DNA of 64,000 nt from Hydrolagus colliei (taxonomy: Eukaryota), in contig CM068750.1 in NCBI GenBank assembly GCA_035084275.1, positions 9,796,001 to 9,860,000 of the forward strand. The letters are read 5' to 3'. Both the position numbers and the translations under genes were made by a program. Every line of letters begins with the position of its first letter. The first letter of the stretch is position 1. Below, one piece after another: positions 13,256 through 27,533 of this stretch. The notes below the pieces were generated by a model, which had not been told where the DNA came from, did not search any database, and saw only the letters and a program-made list of their open reading frames with translations.

Positions 13256-13352
13256 TTAATAATAATAATCCTTGCATTTGATATAGCTCCTTATCACGCT
13301 GTTGAGACTTCATAAAATATATTGTGAAGGGAATGTTTTGTGGGCGAAATGG
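13256..13352 (-). mobile_element. SINE 3' fragment
   Basis: AATAATAATCCTTGCATTTGATATAGC...TGTGGGCGAAATG. Confidence 0.8.
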
Positions 13353-13610
13353 TTTACTTGAAAACAAGAACTAGAGAGTTTGTACATTCTCACAAGCAAT
13401 ATACTCATTACTGCTTTGTGCATCTGAAGTAGGATTCAAAAAGACACAGTTTAATATAGCTTTATGTTTTTTATGTTGTGATTGTAAAAATGGTTTCATT
13501 CTGTTATATTCTGATTATGAATTTGTTGCTTTTTTTGAATAACTGTCATGGTTCACGGAGGCTGTGATAAGTGAGTTTTATTGTATTAATTTATAAATAA
13601 ATATTAATAC

Positions 13611-13760
13611 CAAGTCCCTCACCTCGTTCAAGGTTCACCTAAAGACACCTCTTTGACTGCCCTTACAGTCATCTTTACCCTTCCCAGCCCCTCTTGGCTC
13701 CCACTCCCAGCTCGTGTCAAGCCAGTATTGTTAAGCACCTTGGGATGTGAAAGGAGCTTT
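13611..13760 (+). mobile_element. L2 LINE 3' end fragment
   Basis: TTCAAGGTTCACCTAAAGACACCTCTTTGAC...AAGCACCTTGGGATGTGAAAGG. Confidence 0.7.
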
Positions 13761-14922
13761 AGTCTTATGTTCTTATTAATGTAAATTTGCACTGTATTGT
13801 AATTACCAGGCTATTATTGGGTCCATCCATTAGATTAAGTTTGCGGCAACCGTATGGTTGAAACAAAGTTCACAATTGGGGCATGTGAGAGAGAAAGAAA
13901 GAGTTAGACAGCGGGAGAGAGGCTAATCGGTTGTAAATGTAACCTTGATCTATCTGTGAACACAATACTACAAAAGGGAAGCGGTTGTTGGCTCGTATTG
14001 CGTGGACTTCCTCACTATCTAAATACTTCCAATCAAAAAATAAACATGCACAAAATAACTTCCATCACATTTTCACTTGCAGGAGCAGCTGTTCCCAGAT
14101 ATTTTCCAGATGGGTTACTGGAAAAGTCGTCCTTGTAATCTAATTGTGGTAAATATGTGCATATGCAAAACACTGGCACTTTTGGTGAGATAAGGGACTA
14201 CTGACGTGTGGACAGTACAATAAAGCAACAGGGCAAGCTGCTCTTTTCACACAAGGTAGTGAGAGATGAGATTACCACCAGCAAGAAATTCCAATAGATT
14301 ACTGCTCCTAAAATCAAGTGGAGCTCACCCCTGCTATCCTGCACAGTCTGAGGCTTCTGATCTCAGTAGGATCACCATGGGGGATGTGCCAAATCGAGGA
14401 CTGACGCTTCCCCGAGGTGAAGGAAAGGAGACCTGGGATTCACAGTCACAGCTGGTCACTTTTACACATCTCCATGTCGGTGGCCTGACTTTCAGAGAGC
14501 CAGCAGCAGAGATCCTGACAGTGACAAATCAGTGCGAGCAAAAAAAATCTAAGCATTATGCAGCAGCAAGCTGCCCCCAACTAGCGTTTTACAAAAGCTT
14601 TGAAATAAATGATAAAAGGCTGTCCCAACTTAGGTGCCAATTACTTTGCTCTACTTTAAAAAATATATTTTTGAGTCAACTGGAATTTGACTTGAATTGA
14701 TACTCTTGGACTGTTGCTCGTCTACACTATTGGTATTTGTACAATATTGATTAGCTGAAGCCTCAGTTGATCAGCGAGATGCAGCACACTTATAGAGGAT
14801 CATAAAAGTACAGTAGAGGAGTTGGCATTGCCATGCTCACCTGCTTTACTCCAATTACTTGAAACTTGTGGGACTTGGGCTAATATAATTTGTGGGCTGT
14901 CTGGGAATGGAAAGTGACAGAC

Positions 14923-15716
14923 TGTTTGGCCTACAGGGAGAACCTTGCTTGCTCTCTTGCTTCCCTTGTCCAGGGGCACTGAGGCTAACTGTAACAGTCC
15001 AGCATCTGCATGGGATGCGTTCAGCTGGGATTCAGTGCAAACTGGGATTCAAATGTAAACCTCCTGATCTGTATCGCTTAGGTACTTAACCTACAAGGCT
15101 ATTGGGGGAGCAATGCTGCTTTTTGATGTGGAATACATTGTTATGTGCCATGTTGATAAATGGTAAGGAACGCTATGCCAGAGATTTTCCATTGGTTAGG
15201 AATGCCCTTTGAAGCTTTCACCGGGGTAAAATGGATCTGAATGCTTTTCATGTAGAAACGTTTGGCGGGCATTATAGCCGCAAGTTAAATAAACAAAAAA
15301 CAAATTAACTTTCAATGTGTTACCGTAAGAGCAAGTCATAAAAAAGAAAAGAAGCTTGTGTATATAAGTTGAAAAACAAACACTGTGATGTGACATGTAT
15401 GTGAGTACAATTTAGTTTACACCAGTTCTAGTATTGTAGCACATAAACCATAATGATTTGCATTTATTCTGTCGGTTGTTTGACTAACTAAAAAATACAA
15501 AAACAACAACAAAATTAGATTGATATAGCATTCAGTTTTGCAAGTCAAACACCAAACAGCCCCTCAGCGATACAGATCAGAAGGTTTGAATCCCAGTTTG
15601 CTCTGAAATCCAGCTGTACACATCCCATGCAGATACTGGACTGTTACAGTTAGCCTCAGTGCCCCCGGACAAGGTAAGGAAGAGAGCAAGCAAGGTTTCT
15701 CCCCGCAGGCCAAACA
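14923..15716. repeat. Inverted repeat: arms 14923-15078 and 15566-15716 (MER131-like SINE 5' part), 487-bp spacer
   Basis: Manual alignment gives about 12 mismatches and 2 indels over about 150 bp. Confidence 0.9.
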
Positions 15717-17924
15717 ATTCTAAAGGTAGTAATCATATGAACAAATAAAGGTAAACGGTAAGTGATTGCTGATCAAAACTAAATCACCAAATGACATCTA
15801 ACCATATTGAGCAAGTGAGTTTTGTGATGTTTGAATGTCACTAGGTGGTTTCCTTTCCAGTGGAAAGTACTATCAAGTAGTTCACCAAGCTTATATAACA
15901 CTCTATTGGAATTGGTAACTTGTAGCAGCAACATCTCTTGGGAGAAATAAAGCACTTTGGAATCACCCATAATTGCAATACAAAAGCCAGTATCAGATCA
16001 ACCAACTTTTAGTGTTACACTTTCAAATAAATACACCAGGAAAACAGGATGGGGATCAGTATATACATTTACACAGTGACAGATGGTTGTCTGTAAGATC
16101 CAGTGAAAGGAAACAAAATAAGCTATTTGAACTATCAAAATATTGGCCGAATGACAAGAGAGGAAAGAAGGGAAGTTTTAGGATTCATTATCTTGGAGTT
16201 CAATGGGAGAAGGGAATATGTTTCCATACTTCTAGATTGGCTCACACAAGTATTCTCACCTCCCCCTCCTCATCAAACACACACAGTATTCATAACACAC
16301 TAGTCAATTGTTACAAAAACAACAACATTGAAGCAGCACTGTTAAAACTCAAGGAATAGCTGAAGTAGAAGAATTTTAAGTGTAATGTCATATTGTGCTT
16401 TGTATGCAATAGCATAAATACAGTAGTCTTGTTGAGGAGGTCCATTTTGCATCCTTAGATTATTACAGGGTATTTATGAGCAGCCATTATCTGAGCCCCA
16501 GTATTTTTTATCACTTCCTTGAAACCACATGTTTACAACACACACAGTCTGAGATTTGTATCTGTGGATCTGTATTCTCTATCCGTGCTGGTAGCTTTAA
16601 TCAATGTCCTCCACGTCCTTCACATGTAACAGTGTGGACACAAGAGGACTAGCACTATTAAAGTGAAAGCTAATTTTGAGAAGTAATAAACTCTAGCCTT
16701 GGAATTTTTTTTGGCTATTTATCAATTATATAATTATAAGCAAAGTAGATAAAAATAGACAGAATTACTGTGAAGAGATATACAGCATCTCCAAAATACT
16801 GTAAATAAGTTTGCAAGAAATGGATAATAAGTATGAGTCAAAATGTTTGAAGGACTATGGATAGAGATCTTGTTACGTTCTTCAAGGAGTTTGTTCGATA
16901 GCCTCATGTCTTGGTAGGTTTAATCATCATGGTTTCTTTCCTTCTATTCAACCCAAAACATGTTAATTCTTTTGCAGAATAAATCTAGAATTTGCTTTGA
17001 AAAAATTGGATTTCAAATGTTGTCTGTCCAGTTGTTGGTTCTACTTTCACTTAAGTGAGATTCTATTATGTAGTAATACCATACTTGTAACATTTGCAGT
17101 TTCATATTTTACAACACTATCATAATTTACACCATTTCAGTACTATTAGAATAGTTTTATAATAAGTGCCAAATACTCGTATAGGTTTCTCTTTATATTG
17201 ATTTCTATGGGAGTAACATGCTTATATTAACGTTTAGTCAGCTGAGCAAACAACAACTCTATACATGTCTACACAGCAAATCTTATAAACCTGTGCTCAA
17301 TATAGTTTATTAAATGCGTTCTTTTGTGACATTTTGCAAATAAAGACCACAGCGAAATGGCTGGAATTTAACAAAGACCAACAAAATTATGAAGCAAAAC
17401 AAATAAATCCTAAAAAGCTCATAGCAGATAAAGTGAGCTTTAACTTCAGCTTCAAAGCAATTTCTACCCGCCAGCTTAGAATTTCCACATTTACATGGTT
17501 AGGGTTTAAGGGAATGTTTCTGAACTCAGACTCTGATAACCTCAAGAATGCAGCCTTTCAAACTCTGATACATGCATCAAAATATATTCATTTTGTTTAT
17601 AGGCTCAGAATTATTTGGTGCTGTAAATACAGTGCTGCCTGTAATGCAGTTTCTACACCCACAATAAGCAATTCTCTGTCCTATGGTGTAAAAATCGCTC
17701 TGTTTGCCGACTGGTACCATAGATGAATCCATGGGTTGCTGTACTGAAAATGCAACAGATAGATTCAGCTCCTCATGCACTTGCAGGTATATTGACAGCC
17801 TGGATTCCTCTCCTTCACCAGCAATTCCAGTAGTGCTGGCATAATTTTTTAAAAGAAAATATATGTCGAATAAATATGCTTAAAAATATATAAATGGGAA
17901 ATATCCACATGGCAGAACTAAAGG

Positions 17925-18490
17925 AAAGGAAGGGGTGAAGCGAAGGAACTGAGGGAGGAAGTTCCAATGTTTCAGGGACTGATGGCTGAAAGCATGGCCG
18001 TCGATGGTGGAGCAGAGGATTCAGGGGACAAGGAGGTGGCCGTACCCAGTAGAGCGGAGGTAGCAGATACTGCTGTGAAGAGGGAGGAGGTTAGAGAGGT
18101 AGGGGCTGCCTAGGAGTGGAGGGATTTAAACACAAAAGTGAGGATCATGAAATCGATTAGCTCTGTGACAGGGAGCCAGTGCAGTTTGGCATGAACCAGG
18201 GTAATCATGGTATGAAGTTTAGTTCGGGTTAGAATATGGGCGGCAGAGTTTTGGATGAGTTGAATTTTGTTGATGGTGGAGGAGGGGAGACAGGTGAGGA
18301 GTGTGTTGGAGTAGACCAGCCGAGAGATGACAAAGGCATGGACCCGGGTTTCGGCAGCTTTTGGGGTGGGGTATTAATGGAGACGGGCAATGTGGCAGAG
18401 ATGGAATAAAGCTGTGTTGGTAAGGGACTGGATGTGGAAATAAATTGGAAGGATACACTCTGCTGTTCATCCATTTCAACATCAAGTCGG
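17925..18490 (-). mobile_element. L2 LINE ORF2 C-terminal fragment
   Basis: Frameshifted translation includes LVHAFVISRLVYSN, QLIQNSAARILTRTK and ITLVHAKLHWL, typical of L2. Confidence 0.85.
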
Positions 18491-18839
18491 ATGTTTTCCA
18501 AGTTATGAATGACTTGATGATAACTTATCACATGGCAATAAATAGTAATCACAACTAGACCACAAAATGAATTTTGTATATAAATGTAGCTTATTTGTAG
18601 AACATTACAATATAGTGAGAACTTGCAGCCTCACAGAACCTAGCCTGAAAATTGACTGCGGTTCAAAATAAGGTATTCAATAATTTCGACATGGAAGTAA
18701 GGACGCATCTCACTCCTGCCCATTCATCCAATAAATGTTAACAAATGCCTCATAAAAGTACTTATTCTTGGAATAAGGTATGAACTGTAAAAGTTACACA
18801 ACAATTGGCAAACATAATTGAAGGTTTACTCTCTTTTCA

Positions 18840-19110
18840 CCGTGTACAGATTGAACTAGACATCGATAATTCCATTATTTTTTCCTACTTACATGTATCA
18901 TTTTTAACACAACATTTAGACAGTTGAAGATCATCAGTAAACACCTCAATATTAGATGTTCACATGAGGAATCGAACAACAGTATCCATGCAATCCTTCT
19001 TGTCAAACCTTGTAAAGAAGTGTTCACACTATCTTGACAGACTTCAGAGTCAGCATAGTGCACTGAGCAACGATAACTATGCTGCCTCAGGGTGTTATGA
19101 ATCTGTTTCT
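18840..19110 (+). mobile_element. Possible Penelope-like retroelement relic
   Basis: Degenerate translations IELDIDNSIIF and KKCSHYLDRLQSQHSALSNDNY resemble the PLE RT C-terminal region (E.N..LPFLD; ICS..YL..E...L..NGY). Confidence 0.35.
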
Positions 19111-20099
19111 TCTTTTGCATCGTTTGACTGCATCATCTATTCCCATTGCAGAAGGTGCCTCTGAAGGATGGCAGAGTGGTAAAATGCTTATTCACGCCCA
19201 TTATACTCCATAGACCGACTTCCCAATATAAGCTGCAGGCTGGTGCTGAGCAGGGTCTCTCTGCAGTGAGAGAGGAAATTTGAGGATGAGGCACCTAGGG
19301 CTGATTCACATCTTAGCCATTTTCAAAGATCAAGCGTAGGAAGTGGAGGTCATCCATCTCCCCACTATATTGTGTATGTGTGTGGAGAGTGAGGGAGGGG
19401 GGGGGGGGAGGAGGGAGAGGTACACGATCTGCAATAGGCGGGGGGATTTACCTAATAAATCTAAGCATATATACTTGGTGTGGAGGGGGGGGGGGGGGGT
19501 TGATGGCTGAAGAGAAATCTAAAATAGATAAACAATTTCAAAGTGTTGGAGATATGGATGCGAAGAGGGCCAAAACTGTATTGAACATGTTATGTGAAAC
19601 AGAAGGATGAGAGGAAAGTTTGTTGGACTGAACAGAGCTAAAGGAAATGTGAAGCGCTTTGAGATGTCCCGAAGACATGATAAGGCCCTATATCAAATAT
19701 AAGGGTTATCTATTATTGATAGGAAATCCGTAGGTGGATTTAATGAAGAGTCAGACAACGAACTTGCAACTGCAGAAAATATTGAACATGTTGGGAGAGG
19801 AAAGTAGATAAAATGCAACAAACATAATGCTGTTCCTATTTCCCTTAGGTTTGAGATCAGTAATAGGCCTTCCATGGAATTCAATGCTCAATGCTAATTC
19901 AGTCTAAACATAAGTTCTTCAGACATCTCCTTAATCACAGTTATATTCCCAAACAACCAATAGACATTTGGCGTTTCTGACAAATTTGTCTGAGGGGACG
20001 AATAAGACAAAAGAAACAGCAGTTGAAGTTCCCCGATACATTCTCCAGCAGTCAGCTGAGTATCAATGTGCAGGTTTAGGGAATGGGTTGCATCCTCCT

Positions 20100-20670
20100 C
20101 CCTCTATTTGCAAGAGGCCCTTATTATAAGAAAAATCGCTTAGGCCATTTTCCTATTTTAATTTCCTCTGTCAATTCCCTCCAGAATTCAAGCACAACCT
20201 GCATGACAATGCCTTCCAAGCACAGCGGTGAATGGGACTCGCTAGCAGTAGTTGGAGACACTGTTTGGAATGTAATCAATTGGGATAAAGAATGTCCTCA
20301 GGCGGTGTATTTCCCCTTAGGTGTCATGTAGCAATGCCCTGGGAAGGGGTAACATGAGTTTGCATGTACCGCCCTGCTGAGATGCCGTTGTGTGAAGGTG
20401 TGGAGACAAAACCAGATGCTTTCTCATTGGGAGCAAATGAGGAGGGGATGTTGAAGTCAGCCATAGAACTGTCATCAGATATCTCAATGAGAAGTCCTTC
20501 TATACTCCCACTTCCAATCGTTCTATGGTCAGGGTAACCTGAATAAAGGGAGGGGGCAAATACACCAACCCTTCTTGGTTCCACAATTGAGGGTAGATGC
20601 TGAAGAGACTTTCTCAGTGAATCCTATGTGTGAATTGCTTCATTCTCCCTGCAGGAAAATAGACCATTTT
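20100..20670 (-). mobile_element. Possible Penelope-like retroelement relic
   Basis: Frameshifted LEVGV/YRRTSH and EIHRLRTFFIPIDY resemble PLE motifs VYRKPTH and E...L...F..NGY. Confidence 0.4.
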
Positions 20671-20677
20671 GGTGCCG

Positions 20678-21180
20678 AACAACAAAATTACATTTATAGA
20701 GCGCCTTTCAGATTGGGAGGATGTCCCAAGGCGCTGAACAGTCAGGTCGGGACCTGAGCAAGGGGGAGGGTCAGGGTAGTGGGGAGGGTGAGGGAGAGAG
20801 TTAGGAGGGTGGCAAAAGGCACGATCTAAGAGGAGGCAAAGGAGGAAGTGAGGTGAAGGGACTGTGGGATTGAGTTCCAGTGTTTGGGGATATGTGGGGG
20901 ACATGGAGCAGACCAGAGCCCACTGAACGGGGGGGGGTGGGTAAGTTCATAGGGAGGCAGCAGGTTGGACAGATAGGAGGGGGCAAGGCCATGAAGGCCT
21001 TGAAAGTGAGGACGAGAATCTTGAATACAATCCTCTGTGGGATGGGGAGCCAATGAAGCTGGCCGAGGGTGGGAGTGATGTGGTCGTGGAGCTTGGTGCG
21101 GGAGAGGACACGAGCTGCAGAGTTCTGGATGATCTGCAGTTAGTGAAGCTGAAGAGCCAGGAAGGCCAGTGAGGAGGGAG
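20678..21180 (-). mobile_element. L2 LINE 3' end with (TTG)n tail
   Basis: LHWPSW, HITPTLGQLHWLPI, FKILVLTFKA and GLAPSYLSNLL motifs; tail GGCGCTCTATAAATGTAATTTTGTTGTT. Confidence 0.9.
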
Positions 21181-23059
21181 TATCCATATGAATTGATGTT
21201 CCGGCATGCAGCGGAGAAATTTCAATCTTATCCAGAAGGTAGATCACAGTGAACTAGGGCGGCAACAGGAGGGAGATTGGAAGCAGTGCTGGTCACATAT
21301 TTATATCTGAGCAGCCTAAGCAGTGTTGTGTGAACCACATATATGTACACGCAAGTATCGGTCAAAAGGTTAAGAGTGGTCTGGCCACTGTTCTGGAAGC
21401 CTGGTTTGACAGGATCTGACTGTTACCATGGCAGCACTAAATTATTAGACCAATCTACCTCATTCTCTTCACATTGGCCTGAATCTTATGATACGCAATG
21501 GACCCAATCTCCAATCATGTGAACTACATTACACCGTACTGTAAAGGTATTGCAATTCCTAAGTAACTTTTATTTAATTTATTTCTGTCTTAAACTTGTA
21601 TTAAACAGATTTTTTATTTTAAAATATTGTATTTCTTAGATCAACTGAGAGACCCCAATTACCTTATAGTTTACTCCACAGAGGGTCATAACAAAGTTCA
21701 GAGTGGAACAGTTAAGAGTATGGTTTCAGCTATCTGGATTCAACTTAACTGCGACACAGAATTAATAACCAGTAAGGAATAAGCGTCATCTGTCACATCT
21801 TTCTAGTTTTGAAGGGGCCCACTCACGGATTGGCTTGCCAAAGAAAGGAACAATTTAAAGTTAGTCTAATCCTGCCATATATTTACGGTTGAAAGAAACT
21901 TGGCTGGCACGTAGTGTAATGATGAATATGCATTGTTCCATACATGTAGACTGCACAGAAGAATACACTACCTTCAAAGAGGGTCAGCCTTCATGAAACA
22001 TTGTCGTCATTTTTTTTTCTTGGGGGGGATGGGGAAAAGGAGAAATGGGCAAAAGTTTTGTTGCAATCATAATATTGCCATGCACAAATTTTGGCTGGTG
22101 AATACGCAAGTGATATATATAGCAATGCATTATAACTATATTTAAGGCTTTGGAAACAAAGCAACACAAGGTTTGGCAATCTTGAAGGATTTAAATTGTG
22201 ACAGTCATACACTAAGTTTGTTGAATTAATTGTAACTTTCGGTTTGTAAAAATTAACAGTTGGAAAATTGTGAATCCCACGTAGATGAAAGAAAATGCTT
22301 GCAGACAGTTGTTTTGCCTGTAGCCTTTACTCCCCCTGTCTTAGCTGCACTCTGGCTCAATTTTTTACAAACCATAAGCTGCAAACAGAAATATCAACGT
22401 GGTTTGAAAATATCACAAAATCGGATTTCTACAAGTCCACCTGTCCTAAAAACTGCTCCTTGTATTTTATTTTCCTGGTTTGCACAAGAGCTAATTTTCC
22501 AAAAGATGCAATAGAGGCCTCAGACTCAGTATTTGCATGCATATGTTATCTCTTTCTATACATTATATATATGTGTATATTATATATGTATATTATATAT
22601 ACAGTATATATAAACACACTCCAAGAATTTTTCAGTAGCATTATTTATGTCCTGCTTTTAATGGAGAACGTCTGGACAATTTACATGCTGAAGTGCAATG
22701 TAATCATAATGGAATTTTGTTTGGTCTGTTCATAATTTGTGCAGTCTTCACATGATCCAGTCACTTCTTTTAAACCTGGAATTTCGGGATATGCAACTCG
22801 TTCCATTCTTTGAACAGACAGGCGAAAGCACCAAGAACCACAATGTAATGTCGAAATGCTTTCCGGGATGTCTTGAAAAGTGTATGACCTTTACGAATGA
22901 ATTGTTTGGCAAACTTTTGTTTTTTGGTTAGGGTGGGGGGGACGAAGGGTGCACAAAAAAAAAGCCACATGTCCTTTTAATCCCAGTGACACCTTCAGCA
23001 AGTGGTATAATTCACTTCCTTATATCAAAGGTTTGTGAAAGAAAGGTAAAGACCTGACT

Positions 23060-23430
23060 GTGGTCATTGCAACCATCCTTTCTCCCTGCCTGTCTGCCAG
23101 TGCTGGGGTATGATTTGATAGCTGCCCTCCAGTAAAATTGACCATGTGGTGATTCTTCAGTGTGGGAATCCAGACAGCAAGTATCCACAGGCTATTCGAT
23201 CAGTCCAGTCCTCCCCAGTCGCCTACAAACATGCACTTTTCAGCAGAGGTCACTGGATAGAGATCAGAAGCAGGAAGCTTGCCTGATTTTCTTTCCCCTC
23301 CCTAGCCTAGGGGCAATAGAGCCAACTGCAGTCTTAGTTGAATCAGTACAGACTGGGGATCGAATCAGGACAGTATGGTTCATGTTCACAGTGACTTTAT
23401 CAACTAAGTCATCAAAAGAACCCCCTCAAG
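23060..23430 (-). mobile_element. MER131-like ancient SINE
   Basis: TTTTCAGCAGAGGTCACTGGATAG...CCTGATTTTCTTTCCCCTCCCTAGCCTAGGGG...GGGGATCGAATCAGGAC (B-box on the minus strand). Confidence 0.65.
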
Positions 23431-26400
23431 ATTTAAGATGCAATCCCCTCCTCCCATTTTAACTCATAATTTCACCCCCTCTTTCTAGGCCTCCATCAGT
23501 CACATACTTGTTTCCAACTTCTGCCAATACCAACCTTGAATCAGTCAATAAGTATGCAAGAATAGGCCAAGAGACACTCCCAGGGGTAAGCACCTGGCCT
23601 CCCTAATAGCAGGATTTAGATTGGAAACTCGATGCATTAATTACAAGCAAGGCCGGGTGCCCTGACGCGCAGCAACGCAGAATTACTGAAAAGGAGTACA
23701 TTTTTACAACCTTTTGTTTTGATTGGTGCCACAGTTGTGCTGAACGAAAAACTTTGAAAAATGCTAAAGTGCATAGGAGTTTTACACAAAGTGCTTAAAG
23801 GGGCAATTATGTGAAACACAAATTGTAATGATGTCAGAACAAGAAAAATATATTGAAAACTCCATTAAACATGGTTCTGCAAAATACAAATCTGTAAGCT
23901 ACTTAAAGACACACAGACTGGGCGTTTGACAAAAATAAGAGGTACTTTGCCTCTCAGGCCAACTATGCTCACTGTGCTGGCTGAAAAAGTCAAACCGCTT
24001 CCCTTCTTTTGTACATGACAAATACAGATCTTAGTTCTTTTAGAGTTTTATAGTGGTTGGGATAGTACAAAGCCCTTTCCTTGCTTTTTTCTCTTCTAAA
24101 GACTGCTGACAAAACATGTATTGTGCGATTACCAAGACTTGTAGTCATATATCAGTGGTCAGGGCAGTTTTAGAGGTTGCTCAAAACAACCAATTAAAGC
24201 TCGTAACTTTTTTTTAAAAATTGCCTGGCAAACTGTTTCTTATCCTGGGTGACCGAGCACATGAGACTAGCTGTTGTAAGAGGCTGTGTTAAGGGCTCCA
24301 TTCTCAAAGTAGTGGTCAAGGAATGTTACCATTACGTGATTAATACCTGTTTATTTTTAGGGCTTGAACTAGAAGGCCATTTCAAGGCCACTGCAAGATG
24401 ATATCTGCATAATCTGTGAGTGCCTTGCACGTTTACAACCTTTCCTCTGACATCTGGGACCTGGCTGATGTCCTCGGAGGCTATTAAAAAGTGCCAAATA
24501 AATTCACAAACAGGATACACAGACCTGTTTACAGAAAGGAGCAAGAAAAGGAAAACTTCAGGAAGTTGTCTTCTGGAGTGACCAATGAATCGGTTAAACT
24601 CTCCTCCATCATGCATTTTAAACTGAGTTCAAAAGTGCTACCATAGACTCTTGGGGCCAAGGAGCAGCCTTCACTGCCCCCTAGCATCTGTGTTGTCAGG
24701 ATTAAGGAGGGATTAAAGAATTTCAACAGAGAACACGAGACACCTTACAAAGAACCCAGGAGGCTGGAGCTGCCCTTTGCAGGACTGCTGTGTATCAGCT
24801 GAGTCAACTAGGTACATAATGCGGACATACAATGTAATTTAGCACCGCAAATTCCATAGGGAAGTGGCCTTGGGTTCTGTCTTTTTGGATGACAAGCAAG
24901 GCATTACTCGTTCAATTCACAGAACCTGGCTAGGACACAAGTCCTGAATATTAATCTGCAGTCAGAAATGCAGGGAGGCGTTTCTAAATTTTGCTTCATA
25001 CATCTTATGAACTATTACAAAGCATTGAAAAGTAACTGCAGGGTTCTTTCCAAACTTTGAAATGATGATAATGGATTAGATTTGACGAGTGGGTAATGAC
25101 TTTGAATGATCTTGCTATCCAGGAAGTCTCAAAAACGCCTATGTTAACATTCATGTATTTAAAACTCCAATTCCATTTGTTAAAAAGTCAATACATGATT
25201 GCATCGTATCTGAGACTAGGAAATATAAAGGGAGCTCAGACTGTGAAAAAGTTATTTCAGTCTATTAATAAAAAAATATAAAGCCCACATAACCAAATCC
25301 AACACGGCTGTCATTTAGATGTTAATGCATCATTCAAACACTCTACCTCATACTATTAAAATGTGGCAATGTTTTCTTTCTTAACACTGCTGTTGACCAA
25401 TTGCTCCTCTTCTGAGCTCTGCATGCACACCTCCTGGCATTCCAAAGCCCACAGAAACAAGTGAAGGATTCCAATGCTTTTCCAGCAGCCTACTGCCAGA
25501 GAACAATCCAGCAAACTGTTATCAGAGCACTATCAGCAAATCCAATCTGAAAGGTCAGTTTGCATTATTTGAAAAGTGTCTTGATAATTTTAAACAGAGT
25601 TGGCCTTGCTGGGCCACAAGCTATGGCCTGTGCCCAAAACAGCAATTTGAGACGGAATGATTAAAATAAGGAGGCGATAAACCAAAAGGAACATAAATTA
25701 GATTGCACAGTGAAAGCAGGTGATCTAGGGAACAATTCCCATGGGAATAATATTTGTAGAATTCTACATGAGGCAACAGAAGATAATGCCAAAATACCCT
25801 TCTTTCAAAACTGGTTTCAAGATAAACCAGAGCTTAGCTTTGATCTGCCACTGAGTTTGAGCGAGTTCACCAGATTTCCAAGCAAGAATCTGTAGGTCAG
25901 AGACTTTGCAACTGAACTGTGAATATTCTTCACTTTTGTAAGAGGTTGCTTGTTGGAAAGCAATGGAACTAAGTGGCTATTTTGGGCCACAAAATACAAT
26001 TATTTACACCTACTGGCATTTCAACCAGCATTCCAACCTTCCTGGATTGATCTGTGGAGGTTTGCAAGTAATGGCAAATAAATGAGCCCTGATTCAGACG
26101 TGTGTTAGAAGTTACAACCTGTAGTTAATCAGAAGATCAGATCAAAAATAAAGGTCATCTTCCATAATCAATTGCAACACTTATAGTTTATAAAATGGAA
26201 AATCAACCAACTTTCAGGAAAACAATTGTACTTTATGAGAAGATTTTGCAGTGGTTTTGGAAATCATTCAAAATGCAGTTTAAAGGTGATGAAATATGCA
26301 AATTTTCAAAACTACACAGGACTATTATTGCAAATTTGTACAACGAATTATGTTCGGAATATTCAATAACTCAGGAATGTGAGACTGCCACAAGATTTCC

Positions 26401-27216
26401 ATTCAACTTCTTTAATTGCAAACAATTTGTCATCAACCAATGACTTCATCTCCTCCCCTGTGAGATGATGGGGCCAGAAGAGTAAAGAGCCAGTCAGAAT
26501 TCTCAGAAGTGCAGAGGGCAAATTCTTCATGTACAATTATATGAAAAGAAAATGATCAATCTTTAGACTATGCTTTGGTGACAGGAAGAGAAGGGAGTAC
26601 ACACCTGTGAAAAAGATGAAAATTATACAAGGCTCCTCCAAAGGAAAAAATGTGAAAGGTCTCTGGAGCTATTTGGAGCTTCCTCCCACCCAAAACAAAA
26701 CACAGGAGAAAGCTCGTCAAAAGAATTTCTGAAAAAGTTCATCAAACCAGAATTGTGTGGTTTAATAACTGTCTCCAAAAAGAGACAAATATGCAATGAT
26801 GTGCTCCATTGTACTGACTTGCTCAATATTTACAATGAGAATATGGGGAAAGAGCTAAATTAATTAAAAATAAATGATGGTGAAAAATCAGGTAACTGGC
26901 CCAGCCAAGAGGCCCTCTTCTAGTGCAGAACAACTGTCTAAACTGCCAGAAGAGTAGATAATGTCTGTGCTTATCCTCCTTTTATACCAGTGGAGTGATT
27001 TGACATTGCTTTCAGCATAAGAGTGATTGTGAGTGGGAAGCTTGATATACATCCCCCATTGCCACACGCTGTCAGGGGACTGAGGACTGTACACACCCAA
27101 ATAATCCTCCCCACATAACATTAATAACCTTAACAGCAGCCAACAAACAGACAATCCAAACTCTTTGAAGCTTCATTTTATTTAAGCTTGAAAAATTCTT
27201 GGAATTGACCAAAGTA

Positions 27217-27330
27217 TAACAATAATCCTCGCATTTGATATAGCACTTTTTACGTCTTCTAGACGTCTCAAAGCGCTTCATTGAATATACTGTAAAGTGA
27301 CTTGACTGTATTTTTGTGGGTAAAGCTGGT
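27217..27330 (-). mobile_element. SINE 3' fragment
   Basis: AATAATCCTCGCATTTGATATAGCAC...CAAAGCGCTTCA. Confidence 0.85.
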
Positions 27331-27533
27331 TATCGAATGCCAGAAAGCAGAATTTTCATCCAATTCTATTAGAATTGAAATGGTCGACACCAAAAGATAA
27401 CTTTGATACATGGAAACTCTGGTATAGTTTTTAAGGCAAAGAATCAGATTACAGAATAACCCTATTTGAATGTCATCTACAACTCAATATGAGGATTGCT
27501 TGCTTTGTGTGCAGAAGAACAACAATTCATATA

